In this document: in pieces, positions 1-11,280 of the stretch | Layout: the number at the start of each line of letters is the position of its first letter | Position numbering within the stretch: the first letter of the stretch is position 1 | Assembly (NCBI RefSeq): GCF_001194135.2 | Contig: NC_068986.1 | Location: forward strand, 110,019,908-110,083,907 | DNA length: 64,000 nt | Direction of reading: 5' to 3' | Source: Octopus bimaculoides | Taxonomy: Eukaryota | The notes under the pieces: generated by a model | Databases searched by the model: none | Told to the model about the DNA's origin: nothing | What the model saw: only the letters and a program-made list of their open reading frames with translations | Program-made: the position numbers and the translations under genes

Positions 1-100
1 TATTTGGCGAAACGCTTTTTTACGAGATCGTAAATACACAAACATCGGTTGTGAAGCGATGGTGCGAGGACAAATACAGACACCAAGACACACGTATAAA
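1..100 (-). mobile_element. SINE family A, degenerate central fragment
   Basis: gtaaatacacaaacatcggttgtgaagcgatggtg resembles the same block in the fuller copy at 46561-46954 (gtaaacgcaccaacatcagttgtcaagcgatggtg). Confidence 0.55.
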
Positions 101-105
101 TAACA

Positions 106-145
<40 letters not shown>

Positions 146-147
<2 letters not shown>

Positions 148-240
148 CAAATGCCACTAAATGCTACTAGAGTGTTGGAAGACACCTATATTGCTAGAAA
201 TAAGAGTTGAAATGCTCTAATTCTGTAGTTAACGCACATG
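146..240 (+). repeat. Partial copy (arm plus loop) of the foldback element at 482-695
   Basis: Aligns by eye to about 503-596 (ctaaatgc.actagagtgtt.gaa...gtagt.aacgcacatg). Confidence 0.75.
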
Positions 241-322
241 AATGAAAATATATGCACTAACAGGGACCATAATCGTCCGACAAATGCCGATCGAGAATGC
301 TTAAAATTACACTAACACCTCA

Positions 323-393
323 GTTGCGGCAATTTCCGTCGCCTCATCAGTTGAGCCGGCAGGCTTCGGCTCTTTCCGGACTCGCCTCATCAT
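323..393 (-). other. Two tandem degenerate hammerhead-ribozyme-like motifs (Penelope-type)
   Basis: Minus strand: ATGATGA-GGC..cggaaa..GCC-GAAGC then CTGATGA-GGCGA-cggaaa-TTGCC-GCAAC; each deviates from the canonical core. Confidence 0.35.
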
Positions 394-481
394 TAATATT
401 TATGTTTACGCCTCCAAATAATTGAATGATGTAGCGATTCGCTAAGGTGTATATATAAACTTAATATGAACCAGGACTTTG

Positions 482-695
482 GTTTCATCACAAAGGGGAA
501 TTACAAATGTCGCTAAATGCAACTAGAGTGTTAGAAAACAACCACATTACTAGAAGTAAGAACTAAAGCGCTCTAATGCGGTAGTCAACGCACATGAGCA
601 TTAGAGCGTTTTAGCTCTTATTTCTAGCAATGTGGTTGTTTTCAAACACTCTAGATGCATTTAGTGACAGTTGTAATTCACCTTTTTGATGAAAC
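482..695. repeat. Foldback/MITE-like palindrome, 98-bp arms, 18-nt loop
   Basis: 482-579 vs reverse complement of 598-695: 88/98 identical, ungapped. Confidence 0.9.
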
Positions 696-718
696 ATTGC
701 AAACTGCTGTTCATATTA

Positions 719-754
<36 letters not shown>

Positions 755-997
755 CATCGATTCCTCTTGTGTGGGACACTCAACAACTGGTTCGGGAGTA
801 TCCGGTGGTGCAGATGTATCTCGTCGGGTGATAAATAAATAAACACAACTCGTTAAAATGACTGTTCCACAATGTAACCTTCCGTTTTGTAGGGAGAAAA
901 ACAGCCAGACGGAGGAACTCTTCATTTGTACACAAGATCAAAAATAAAATTGAGGATGACAAAAAGAGAAACGAACACGTAACCAAGCTTCCTTCTT

Positions 998-1165
998 ATA
1001 TGCGAAAGGCTTCCTTCAGTTTCCGTTTATCAAATCCTTTGAAAAGGCTTTGGCTGGCCCGAAGCTATAGTAGAAGACACTTGCTAAAGGTACCACGCAT
1101 TGGAACTGAACTCGAAACCATGTGGTTGGGAAGCAAGCTTCTTGCCACACAGCCACGCCTGCGCC
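998..1165 (-). mobile_element. SINE family A, 5' half (tRNA-like head and conserved central block)
   Basis: Minus strand ggcgcaggcgtggctgtgtgg...catggtttcgagttcagttcc (A/B-box-like) then caagtgtcttctactatagc...gatttgataaacggaaactgaaggaagcc. Confidence 0.85.
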
Positions 1166-1254
1166 GATAGACAAACATTATATGCATGCATATATACAAT
1201 TTGTACATATATACATATATATGTATTTACACAAGCGTATGTGCATGCTTGTGA

Positions 1255-1316
1255 GAGTGTGTGTGTGTTTTTATGAATATGTGTGTGTGTGTGTGTTTAT
1301 ATATAAGTATCTGTAT

Positions 1317-1359
<43 letters not shown>

Positions 1360-1846
1360 CAACTTCATGTACATAATTATGTATAGTAATGCTGTTTATA
1401 ATTTCGACATTGCAATGAATGGTTTGATACGAGAAGGAAGCTTCAATGTAATGTTGTAACAAACATCATTTTAATGGCTCTGTTTTAATGGAATATTTTC
1501 AATTGCATATTTCTTTTATTGTGCTATAAGACGAATAAAAAAAACCTTGCAGTGCTTTTGACTTACCCTGTACACACACACACACACATACACACACACA
1601 CGTGAGTGTGTAGGGGGTGTATATATTCATATATACATGCAAAATACATGACACACAGATATATATACGCACATTTATATAATTCATACGAAACGTTTAT
1701 GTTGATCTACATTACATATATTTACAATATGTGTGTGTGTGTGTGTGCAGGGAATCATATGTATATACATTACATAACTTATCACACTTATTTACATATC
1801 TATGAGTGTGTGTGTATTTAATTGTAACAAATAATATATAAGTACT

Positions 1847-1884
<38 letters not shown>

Positions 1885-1995
1885 CGCGCGCGTAAAGGTC
1901 GGTTTTTTCGTGTGTATATGCATATACATACATACCCACACATCCTAACACACACACACACACATATGTATATATGTATACATATATATGCATAT

Positions 1996-2076
<81 letters not shown>
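1255..2076. repeat. Microsatellite cluster (TG)n/(CA)n/(TA)n
   Basis: Read directly; ends at N-gap 2077-2254. Confidence 0.9.
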
Positions 2077-4058
2077 NNNNNNNNNNNNNNNNNNNNNNNN
2101 NNNNNNNNNNNNNNNNNNNNNNNNNNNNNNNNNNNNNNNNNNNNNNNNNNNNNNNNNNNNNNNNNNNNNNNNNNNNNNNNNNNNNNNNNNNNNNNNNNNN
2201 NNNNNNNNNNNNNNNNNNNNNNNNNNNNNNNNNNNNNNNNNNNNNNNNNNNNNNNTATATGTATATAAGCATCTACAAAATATATAGAGATATATTTTAT
2301 TATATCCTTATAACTACAGATTCTTGTACATTTTATCCTATTTCGATATTCATTTGTTTACTCATAAAATGATGTATATTAATGTCAACATGAGAACATG
2401 CGAATTTCTTTGAGCAAATATTATAAAGCCGTCTGAATGAATGGATGGCAGCAAACCGGCTGTTCTTTCTTTATTTTATTTCAAACTTGTATTTTATCTC
2501 CCTTAAACATAATATAATGAACAAATATACAGATAAGGACGGGCTAAACAATATAATTGGATTGCTGTGTGTGTGCGCGTGCTTCAATTCCGCCATAACT
2601 CCCAGTTGTGCTTCTTAAACGTGGAAAATATTTTCAAGCATCGAATATGTTTCGTGTATTTATCAAGCGAAGGTTGGATGAGGAAGTGGTTGAAGGATGA
2701 AGAGGATGAGGAGGAGATGTTGTAGGAGGAAGAGGGGGAGGGTGGGGGAAAGAAGAGGAGAAGTAGGATGTAGAGGAAATTTGTAACTAACACATTCCCA
2801 ACTTGCATAGGAAACATTAAACGGAAGAAAGGAAGGAAATCAATGCGGATTGTAGTGGTATTTTTGTGTCGTTCTACATGTAACGAATCAAAATCCATTT
2901 AGCTAAGAACTGTTTTTTTCTTTCCTTAGATTCTTTTTTTATTTTATTTTTATTCTTCTTCCCCTGTGAAGGAAGGAAACATAAAGTGCATAAAAAAGAA
3001 AGGAAATGTAAAGAGAATAACGTGAAGAAAACACAAACCAACCAACACACGAAAGAAATGTAGAAGCAAACATAACAAAAGAATTTAATTGATAAAATAA
3101 AGCTGATTGATGGGAGAAGAAATAGAATGAAAGAGTAAAGAAGGAAATTAGTAAATAAATAAATCAAATCTGTAAAGAAAGGAGCAAGGAAATGTCGTCT
3201 GCTTTTTGCTAGGACGCCTTCAGTATAATTATATTTTCCTTTCGTATTTTTTCCTTTAGTTTCGTATTTTTTTCTCTGTATTTTCACAACATGGAAATTC
3301 GCTCCATTCCCATGAGTAGGCTAAAAACAAAATAAAATACTNNNNNNNNNNNNNNNNNNNNNNNNNNNNNNNNNNNNNNNNNNNNNNNNNNNNNNNNNNN
3401 NNNNNNNNNNNNNNNNNNNNNNNNNNNNNNNNNNNNNNNNNNNNNNNNNNNNNNNNNNNNNNNNNNNNNNNNNNNNNNNNNNNNNNNNNNNNNNNNNNNN
3501 NNNNNNNNNNNNNNNNNNNNNNNNNNNNNNNNNNNNNNNNNNNNNNNNNNNNNNNNNNNNNNNNNNNNNNNNNNNNNNNNNNNNNNNNNNNNNNNNNNNN
3601 NNNNNNNNNNNNNNNNNNNNNNNNNNNNNNNNNNNNNNNNNNNNNNNNNNNNNNNNNNNNNNNNNNNNNNNNNNNNNNNNNNNNNNNNNNNNNNNNNNNN
3701 NNNNNNNNNNNNNNNNNNNNNNNNNNNNNNNNNNNNNNNNNNNNNNNNNNNNNNNNNNNNNNNNNNNNNNNNNNNNNNNNNNNNNNNNNNNNNNNNNNNN
3801 NNNNNNNNNNNNNNNNNNNNNNNNNNNNNNNNNNNNNNNNNNNNNNNNNNNNNNNNNNNNNNNNNNNNNNNNNNNNNNNNNNNNNNNNNNNNNNNNNNNN
3901 NNNNNNNNNNNNNNNNNNNNNNNNNNNNNNNNNNNNNNNNNNNNNNNNNNNNNNNNNNNNNNNNNNNNNNNNNNNNNNNNNNNNNNNNNNNNNNNNNNNN
4001 NNNNNNNNNNNNNNNNNNNNNNNNNNNNNNNNNNNNNNNNNNNNNNNNNNNNNNNNNN

Positions 4059-4096
<38 letters not shown>

Positions 4097-4399
4097 TATA
4101 TACATGTCTTTTTATTTATTTGTATATATACATACACACACATATTTTACATACATACTGCATTATACACACACACACATACACACACATATACATATAT
4201 GCATATTCATTATACATGTTTATTTAGATACATCCACACCTGCACATATACATGTGCGTGTGAGTCTGTGTGTATGTATGTGTGTGAGTCTGTGTTTATG
4301 TGTGTGTGTATGTGTATGTGTGTGTATGTGTGTGCGTGTGTGTATGTGTGATACACACAGGTACACAAATATTGTGTAAATATCTGTGTTGTAAGTGTC

Positions 4400-4470
4400 T
4401 ATGATGGCCGAACTGATAGGGAACTCAGCACCCAGCGGAAGATTAACTGGTTCGTATTCTAGTTTCCAAC
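4400..4470 (+). mobile_element. Possible degenerate tRNA-derived SINE head
   Basis: tggccgaactgat (A-box-like) and ggttcgtattc (B-box-like) about 40 nt apart. Confidence 0.3.
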
Positions 4471-4764
4471 TTAATACACCGAATTCTTAATACCATAGTC
4501 TATGTAACTGTAAAATGGTGGCATGCAGCAGTATAAGTTATGAGTTAAGATAGCATTAGCTTCATTGTTTAAACGTATATGGTTCAACCATTTCTGCAGA
4601 AAAATCTACACACCATTTCGAGGAAGGGCAGATAACTCTGAACGACATGTAACGATAATTCGCTGGCTTTTTTTATTTTATTTAATGCAGAGAATATAAA
4701 GACAAACTCTACCAATGATCGCTTGCATGAGAGATGCAGGTTTAGAAAGGTTTTTATAACACTT

Positions 4765-4813
4765 CTTGTGTCTCCAAGCAATCATCAGCCTGAGCATTGC
4801 CTGGAGATACAAG
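4765..4813. other. Unique-sequence hairpin: 18-bp stem, 13-nt loop
   Basis: cttgtgtctccaagcaat / attgcctggagatacaag; on the plus strand 16 Watson-Crick pairs, 1 G-U and 1 mismatch. Confidence 0.8.
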
Positions 4814-4954
4814 GCTCGTAATAGAAACTGCCTAGAAACGTGTCTTCACTGCAAGAAACTATTAATACCACGTAGTTTTATAATGTATGTATTAAATGAT
4901 ATGAAAATTATCTCTCACTGGATGGAGTACTTCTTTGTTGACCTTACTTCAACG

Positions 4955-5095
4955 GTATAGTGGTTCTGTTGAAGAGCGTAGCTCGAAACGTCAAAGACTT
5001 TCCGTATTCCCGAGCGTCATACTAATATATCCTTTTGTTATTTACACCACCTGTCCTCGTCTGTTGTTATTATTTGTATATTCTCCCATATATAT
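4955..5095 (+). mobile_element. Penelope-like terminal-repeat remnant with hammerhead-like motif
   Basis: ttCTGTTGAaGAGCgtaGCTCGAAACGTCaa at 4964-4994; reverse-complement partner at about 5490-5600. Confidence 0.55.
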
Positions 5096-5438
5096 ANNNN
5101 NNNNNNNNNNNNNNNNNNNNNNNNNNNNNNNNNNNNNNNNNNNNNNNNNNNNNNNNNNNNNNNNNNNNNNNNNNNNNNNNNNNNNNNNNNNNNNNNNNNN
5201 NNNNNNNNNNNNNNNNNNNNNNNNNNNNNNNNNNNNNNNNNNNNNNNNNNNNNNNNNNNNNNNNNNNNNNNNNNNNNNNNNNNNNNNNNNNNNNNNNNNN
5301 NNNNNNNNNNNNNNNNNNNNNNNNNNNNNNNNNNNNNNNNNNNNNNNNNNNNNNNNNNNNNNNNNNNNNNNNNNNNNNNNNNNNNNNNNGTATGTATATA
5401 TATGTATGTACATATATGTGTGTGTATGTATATGTATG

Positions 5439-5469
<31 letters not shown>

Positions 5470-5489
5470 CATGGTTGAAATTTACAGAA

Positions 5490-5600
5490 AAACAAAAGAC
5501 GAAGACAGGTGTATAAACAATAAACAGGTGTATTAGTTTAACGCTCGGGAAGGTGAGAAAGTCTTTTATGTTTCGAGCCTACGCTCTTCAACAGAAAGAA
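5490..5600 (-). mobile_element. Inverted second copy of the Penelope-like terminal repeat
   Basis: Reverse complement ttctgttgaagagcgtaggctcgaaacataaaagactttc...cccgagcgt matches 4964 onward. Confidence 0.6.
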
Positions 5601-5679
5601 ACTCGAGGAAATAAACAGAGAAAGAATAAAAAAAACTTTTGGAGCTAGCGGTCAATCATGGCGGCTATATATACATACA

Positions 5680-6670
5680 TGTTGCATGTCTCGTTTCTCT
5701 GTTTGTTTTTTCATTGTTCGAAAAAAAGTTCGTTTTCTGTTTTCGTTTTTATGTTTTCGTTTCTCATTGTGTTTAAACGTTTTTTTTATGTCCTGTACCC
5801 ATATATGCATGTATGTATAGATATAGATGTAGGTATGTACATATATGTATGGATATATGCATGTATTTATTTACGTTATGATTGAACGCCACGCACCCGT
5901 CTCCAAGTAAGTTTTATCTTAATATTTCTATTGCGCACTCTACTACTATTACTATCACTTCCCTCTCTATCTCTCTCCATCTCTTGTTCTTCATCCTTTC
6001 TGTTTTTCTCTCCCAACCCTTCCTATTGTTCTCTTCCTTTCACTGTTCCTTCTCTCTCACTCCTCCTCCTTGACACTCTCATCGCTGACACGTGACGAAA
6101 GGGATTCTTCCTTTCTATTTCCTGCCTTCCTACAGAGGAGACGTGATTTTTTTGTCTCTCAGTCACATCGAGCTAGCGTTCAAAAGAATAATTTTTCTAT
6201 CGTCTTGGCCTAACAGCCCTTACCGTTTGTTTTCACTGTTCTGTCTTGTTTTTACTGTCTTGTTCTCACTGTCCCGTTCTTGTTTACACTTTCACCCTCC
6301 GCAAAAAATTCCAAATTTTATTTAATTTCTTCGCGAGAAGGACTGTTCCAACGAAGTCGCGTATTGTCCTTGCCTTCGAAACTCGGAGAAGATGGAACAG
6401 GGACAACTGACGAAGGGGTATACTCTTTATGTTGCATGTCNNNNNNNNNNGGACAACTGACGAAGGGGTATACTCTTTATGTTGCATGTCTCGTTTCTCT
6501 TTTTGTTTTTTTTCGTTGTTCGAAAAAAAGTTTGTTTTCTGTCTTCGTCTTTACGTTTTCGTTTCTTATTGTGTTTAACGTTTTTTGTGATGTCCTGTAT
6601 CCATATATGCTTGTATGTATACATATAGATATAGGTATGTACATATATGTATGGATATATGCATGTATTT
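5680..6670. repeat. About 190-bp direct repeats (5680-5870 and 6480-6670) bracketing a pyrimidine-rich interior; unclassified, possibly Penelope-related
   Basis: Both copies run from gttgcatgtctcgtttctct to gtatggatatatgcatgtatttat with high identity. Confidence 0.7.
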
Positions 6671-6889
6671 ATATATTATTTATATACATACATATATATA
6701 TATATATATANNNNNNNNNNNNNNNNNNNNNNNNNNNNNNNNNNNNNNNNNNNNNNNNNNNNNNNNNNNNNNNNNNNNNNNNNNNNNNNNNNNNNNNNNN
6801 NNNNNNNNNNNNNNNNNNNNNNNNNNNNNNNNNNNNNNNNNNNNNNNNNNNNNNNNNNNNNNNNNNNNNNNNNNNNNNNNNTATATATA

Positions 6890-7835
6890 TATATACACAC
6901 ACCACCCAGACAATTACAAGATACACTCACACACCTATACACACACACACTTCACTGAAAAATACAAACAAAACACACATACATACAGACGTGCGCGCAT
7001 ACAGCAATATCCCCCCCCCCCAAAAAAAAAACGCACATCTACAACACACATACAGAAACACACAGATACACATACAAACACACACTTACAATACAATCCC
7101 CAAACATGCGTATATATACACACATACACATTCAAAGAAAAAACACGCACATATATACACGCAATACAGTTCCAACAATCACAACAAACACTCACAGACA
7201 CACACACACACACACACACATACACACACATACAAGCACGTAGACACACACAATAACACATCACTCTGACAAATACACAGCGCACTCACTGAAATGCACT
7301 TACACATACACACCCACTGCACAAACAATACAAATAAAACACTCACAAAAATACACCCAAACATCCGCACACACCACACAGAAAAATAACAGATATATAC
7401 GCACGCATACACACGTATACACACACACTGGCACAACAAATATAGTACACACACACCCTAAAAATGCATAAACCACATGCACACACTCGCACAAACGCAT
7501 ACCCAGTAACTACACGCACACACATGCACACCACCCTGATAAACGTAACACACACGGACGGACACACACAGCCTTTGCCAAATACAACACACTCACACAC
7601 ATACATATGCACCTCTACACACATACGTATGCACACTCACACACACACCACCACAGGACAAGAATAACACTACAAACATACACATGTACACACACACACA
7701 CACACACACATACCTACGTGCACGCACACACCACCCTGTCCAACACAACACCCACAAACATACACACGCACACACAGACGTACACATACAAACGAACAAA
7801 CACATATACACATATATACACACAAGCGCACAATT
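6890..7835. repeat. Long degenerate (CA)-rich cryptic simple repeat
   Basis: About 950 bp of C/A-rich scrambled CA units. Confidence 0.85.
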
Positions 7836-8171
7836 TATGACCAGGGTTTCGGGTGCTCTTGTGGAATTCCTTTTATTGCAATTATTCCGACCAGGTCTCC
7901 GATTTGTGAATACATTCGTCCCTTCCTCTCACCAATGCCGCGTCCGTGTAAAGTCATGGGCACTGCTTTTCTTCATGACTAAAATATAAAGGTGCGCACA
8001 CACGCACACACACACACAAACACAAACACACACACACACACACACACATACACACACACACACACACACACTCACTCACACACATATCTTGTTCATAATG
8101 TTTTGCCAACTTCACAAATCTCACACACATACCCCTGCATACATTTTTATCCTCAACACATTCCCCTCGTC

Positions 8172-8322
8172 CATTGTTCAACTGGTACTAATTTCATTGT
8201 CCTCGAAAGGATGAAAGGCAAATTCGACCTCAACGGAATTTAAGCTCAGAACCGAAGGAGCTGGAAGAAATGACGCTAAGCAGTTTGTCCGACGCGCTAA
8301 CGATTTTGCCAGCTCGCCGCCT
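8172..8322 (-). mobile_element. SINE family B
   Basis: Minus strand ggcggcgagctggcaaaatcgttagc...gcctttcatcctttcgaggacaatgaaattagtaccagt; matches 56173-56381. Confidence 0.85.
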
Positions 8323-8924
8323 TCCGTAGGATCAATTGAAGAACATTTTGGATTTGAGGCAAATATCTCTTGGAGATCGTTAATTCTACCATACACCTTA
8401 CGATTAGCTAGACTATCTTACCTATTATCGAATTTGTTGCGCTACAGTTTTTGTCAATGTTTACATTTTTATGTGTTAATCACTCGTATTTTGGTAATTT
8501 TGTATAATATATTTATGAGGGAGTTGTTTAGAGATGCTGTTTTCCACATCATAAAGGTTATTTATTTTGTCATAAAATATACAATAATACAATATTTTTT
8601 AATTCCAAATATTCTTAATGTCAGCTATAAGGTTATTTAAAAATGGCGTTTGTTTTATAATGGAAAACACTGTTAGCTACCATCACTAAAATGTCATCTC
8701 AAAAAGATTGTAGGCCTTTAATCATTGGGATGTTTTTGCATTCGACAGCTGTAGTAGTCTACAATTATTTCAATGGCAAAAGAATCACATACGAAGGCTT
8801 TCCAGAGCATGCGCATATCTATATCCTCAGCATTCTCTAATAGTCTGAGTGGTTGTACTCATTGGTTGAAGCAGAACTAGTTTTTGCAGAATAACTTTGG
8901 CTGTTTAGATTCCTTTATTGTTTT

Positions 8925-9376
8925 GTCCTTATTGTGTCATACTTTGGACTGCGGCCACACTGGGGAACCGCCTTGAAGGATTTTTGTCGCACAGATTGAA
9001 CCCACGACTTATTTAACGTCTGCTACTTATTCTACCGGCCTTTTATTGCGGAACCACAAAGTTATGGGTACGTAAACAAACCAAGACCGATTGTCCGGTG
9101 GTGTTGGTAAGACAAACATAGAAACACATTTATATATACACAAACATAAGCATATACAGCAAACACAAAGACAAGAAAACTAACATACACACTCACACAC
9201 GCACATATATTGGGTGACCTTCCATGCAATTTCTGTCTACCAAATCCACTCACAAGGAATCGGTCTGCTTGAAGCTGTAACAGAAGACAATTGCCCAAAT
9301 CGCTATGCAGTGGGACTGAACCCGGAATAACGTGGTGGCAAAACGAGCTTTTAAACAAGACAACTCTGTCTACGCC
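8925..9376 (-). mobile_element. SINE family A, near full length, diverged
   Basis: Tail (ggactgcggcc), internal CA tract, ctaccaaatccactcacaagg block and head (gcagtgggactgaacccgg) in the expected order. Confidence 0.8.
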
Positions 9377-9778
9377 TTATTACAGTTTCCCATTGCTTAT
9401 GAAACCCAATATTTTTCCACTATCTCACCACCATCTTTCCTCACTGAAGACCAACTAAAGAAACATTTCCTGATCTCGTTTCCCTCCCATATTTATGCTC
9501 CTTCCTTTCTTTTAGATGTCGCTATCCTATGCTTCAAAATGTTAGACTTTTGGTAATCCGAAGCAATTTATAAACTCCCACCAAAACGCTTCAGAACACC
9601 TCACAGTCGATATGAATATGTCTGGAAGCTGCATATCTATATTCAGGTGCTGTTGAAAGGAAGGTGCTAATGCATCGTCCAGTGATTGACTGAAGCGTTA
9701 AGGCATGGAAGCTTCGGTAATGAGGAGCATATCTACTGCGTTGACTACGCCATTTGATTCATAAGTTCGCGTATATAC

Positions 9779-9811
<33 letters not shown>

Positions 9812-9831
<20 letters not shown>

Positions 9832-10345
9832 GTGAACGCACAGAACAACCGTTGGCTTGCCGTGTCCCCAAAACATGCAACGAGAGTGATAAAAATCAAA
9901 CATTGAGTCAACATCATGTTGTTTGGAGAGATCACCAGTGATGGTGACGTTACACCCCCATTCATCTTCACACACAATCTCAGACTCAACATGGAGGCCA
10001 GCATCAAGTGCCTGGAGTCCCTGGGTTAAGAGAATGGCTGCTGGAAGACCCTATATCCGGCAACAGGACTCTGCCGCTTGTCACACTGGCAAGAGAACAC
10101 AGTCATCTGGCATCCCAACTCCCCAGACTGCAATCTCCTTCATTATTATACGTGCGTGCAGTTAAGCGAGAGACCAAGGAAAATCCTTGTAACATCAAAG
10201 ATGAACTGAAGGCAGGGATTATGGCAGCATTCACCAACTTAAAGAAGGAGACCTCCAGACGAGTAGCAGGAGATTCTGAAGTTGTCTGGAGGCCGAGGTT
10301 AAAGCCAATGGCGATTTTTATTGAATAAATTTTCTCTTTAGTGTG
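9812..10345 (+). mobile_element. Tc1/mariner transposase remnant, maT/DD37D-like, internally deleted
   Basis: Frameshifted IMLFGEITSDGDVTPPFIF, RPYIRQQDSAACHT, WHPNSPDCNLLHYY (cf. WPPNSPDxNPLDY) and DELKAGIMAAFTNL. Confidence 0.8.
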
Positions 10346-10363
10346 TGAAGATATTTTTATATA

Positions 10364-10685
10364 TATGTACGAACACGCCAAACAAATAGACGAACATGCC
10401 AAACTGAAATTTGTTGACAGCTTCCAAGAATACCTACTCGCCACATGGAAAGGTGCCTGGCCGATTGTTTCATTCTGTGGTCATGTAACCTTGATCAACT
10501 TTGGATTTTAAAAACTTAACAATATTTATTAACCACAGCGTATATTTAGAATGGAATTCACTCACAAACAGCTACCCTTTTTGGACATCTTAGTCATAAA
10601 AAGAGATACTTACATTAAAACCGACATCTACTTTAAAACAACAGACTCAAAAGAATATCTACTTTTCTCTTCCTGTTATCCAAAT
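10364..10685 (+). mobile_element. Penelope-like element RT fragment
   Basis: Frameshifted LADCFILW (decayed YxDD motif) followed by LPFLDILV...TDIYFKTTDSKEYLLFSSCYP (cf. LPFLD...KPT...YL..SS.HP). Confidence 0.8.
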
Positions 10686-10980
10686 AGATGTATATATATA
10701 TATATGTATATACATACATACATACACAAGCACATTTATAAATACATAAATATTAATGTATATAAATATATGTGTATACATAAGAAAAATAAGTATTTCT
10801 CCATCTACGTATATGTATTCGNNNNNNNNNNNNNNNNNNNNNNNNNNNNNNNNNNNNNNNNNNNNNNNNNNNNNNNNNNNNNNNNNNNNNNNNNNNNNNN
10901 NNNNNNNNNNNNNNNNNNNNNNNNNNNNNNNNNNNNNNNNNNNNNNNNNNNNNNNNNNNNNNNNNNNNNNNNNNNNNNNN

Positions 10981-11280
10981 GTGAGTGTTTATTGAGCGAA
11001 AACACCTAAAGCTCCACGAGGCTCCGGCAGGGGATGGTGGCGAACCCTGCTGTACTCTGTCACCACAACTTTCTCTCACTCTTCCTGTTTCTGTTGTGCC
11101 TGTAATTCAAAGGGTCAGCCTTGTCACACTGTGTCACGCTGAATATCCCAGAGAACTACGTTAAGGGTACACGTCTGTGGAGTGCTCAGCCACTTGCACG
11201 TTAATTTCATGAGCAGGCTGTTCCGTTGATCGGATCAACTGGAACCCTCGACGTCGTAAGCGACGGAGTGCCAACAACAA
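10981..11280 (+). mobile_element. SINE family D, body and 3' end with (ACA)n-type tail
   Basis: Ends gatcggatcaactggaaccctcgacgtcgtaagcgacggagtgccaacaacaa; reverse-oriented relative at 37485-37700. Confidence 0.7.

Noticed and set aside
6401-6490. Exact 40-bp duplication across a 10-N gap (similar case at about 49430-49500)
   Set aside because: Typical unmerged contig overlap, not biology.
8635-8880. Possible promoter (AAAATGGCG YY1-like, GCATGCGCAT, reverse CCAAT)
   Set aside because: Short motifs expected by chance; no gene or TSS evidence.
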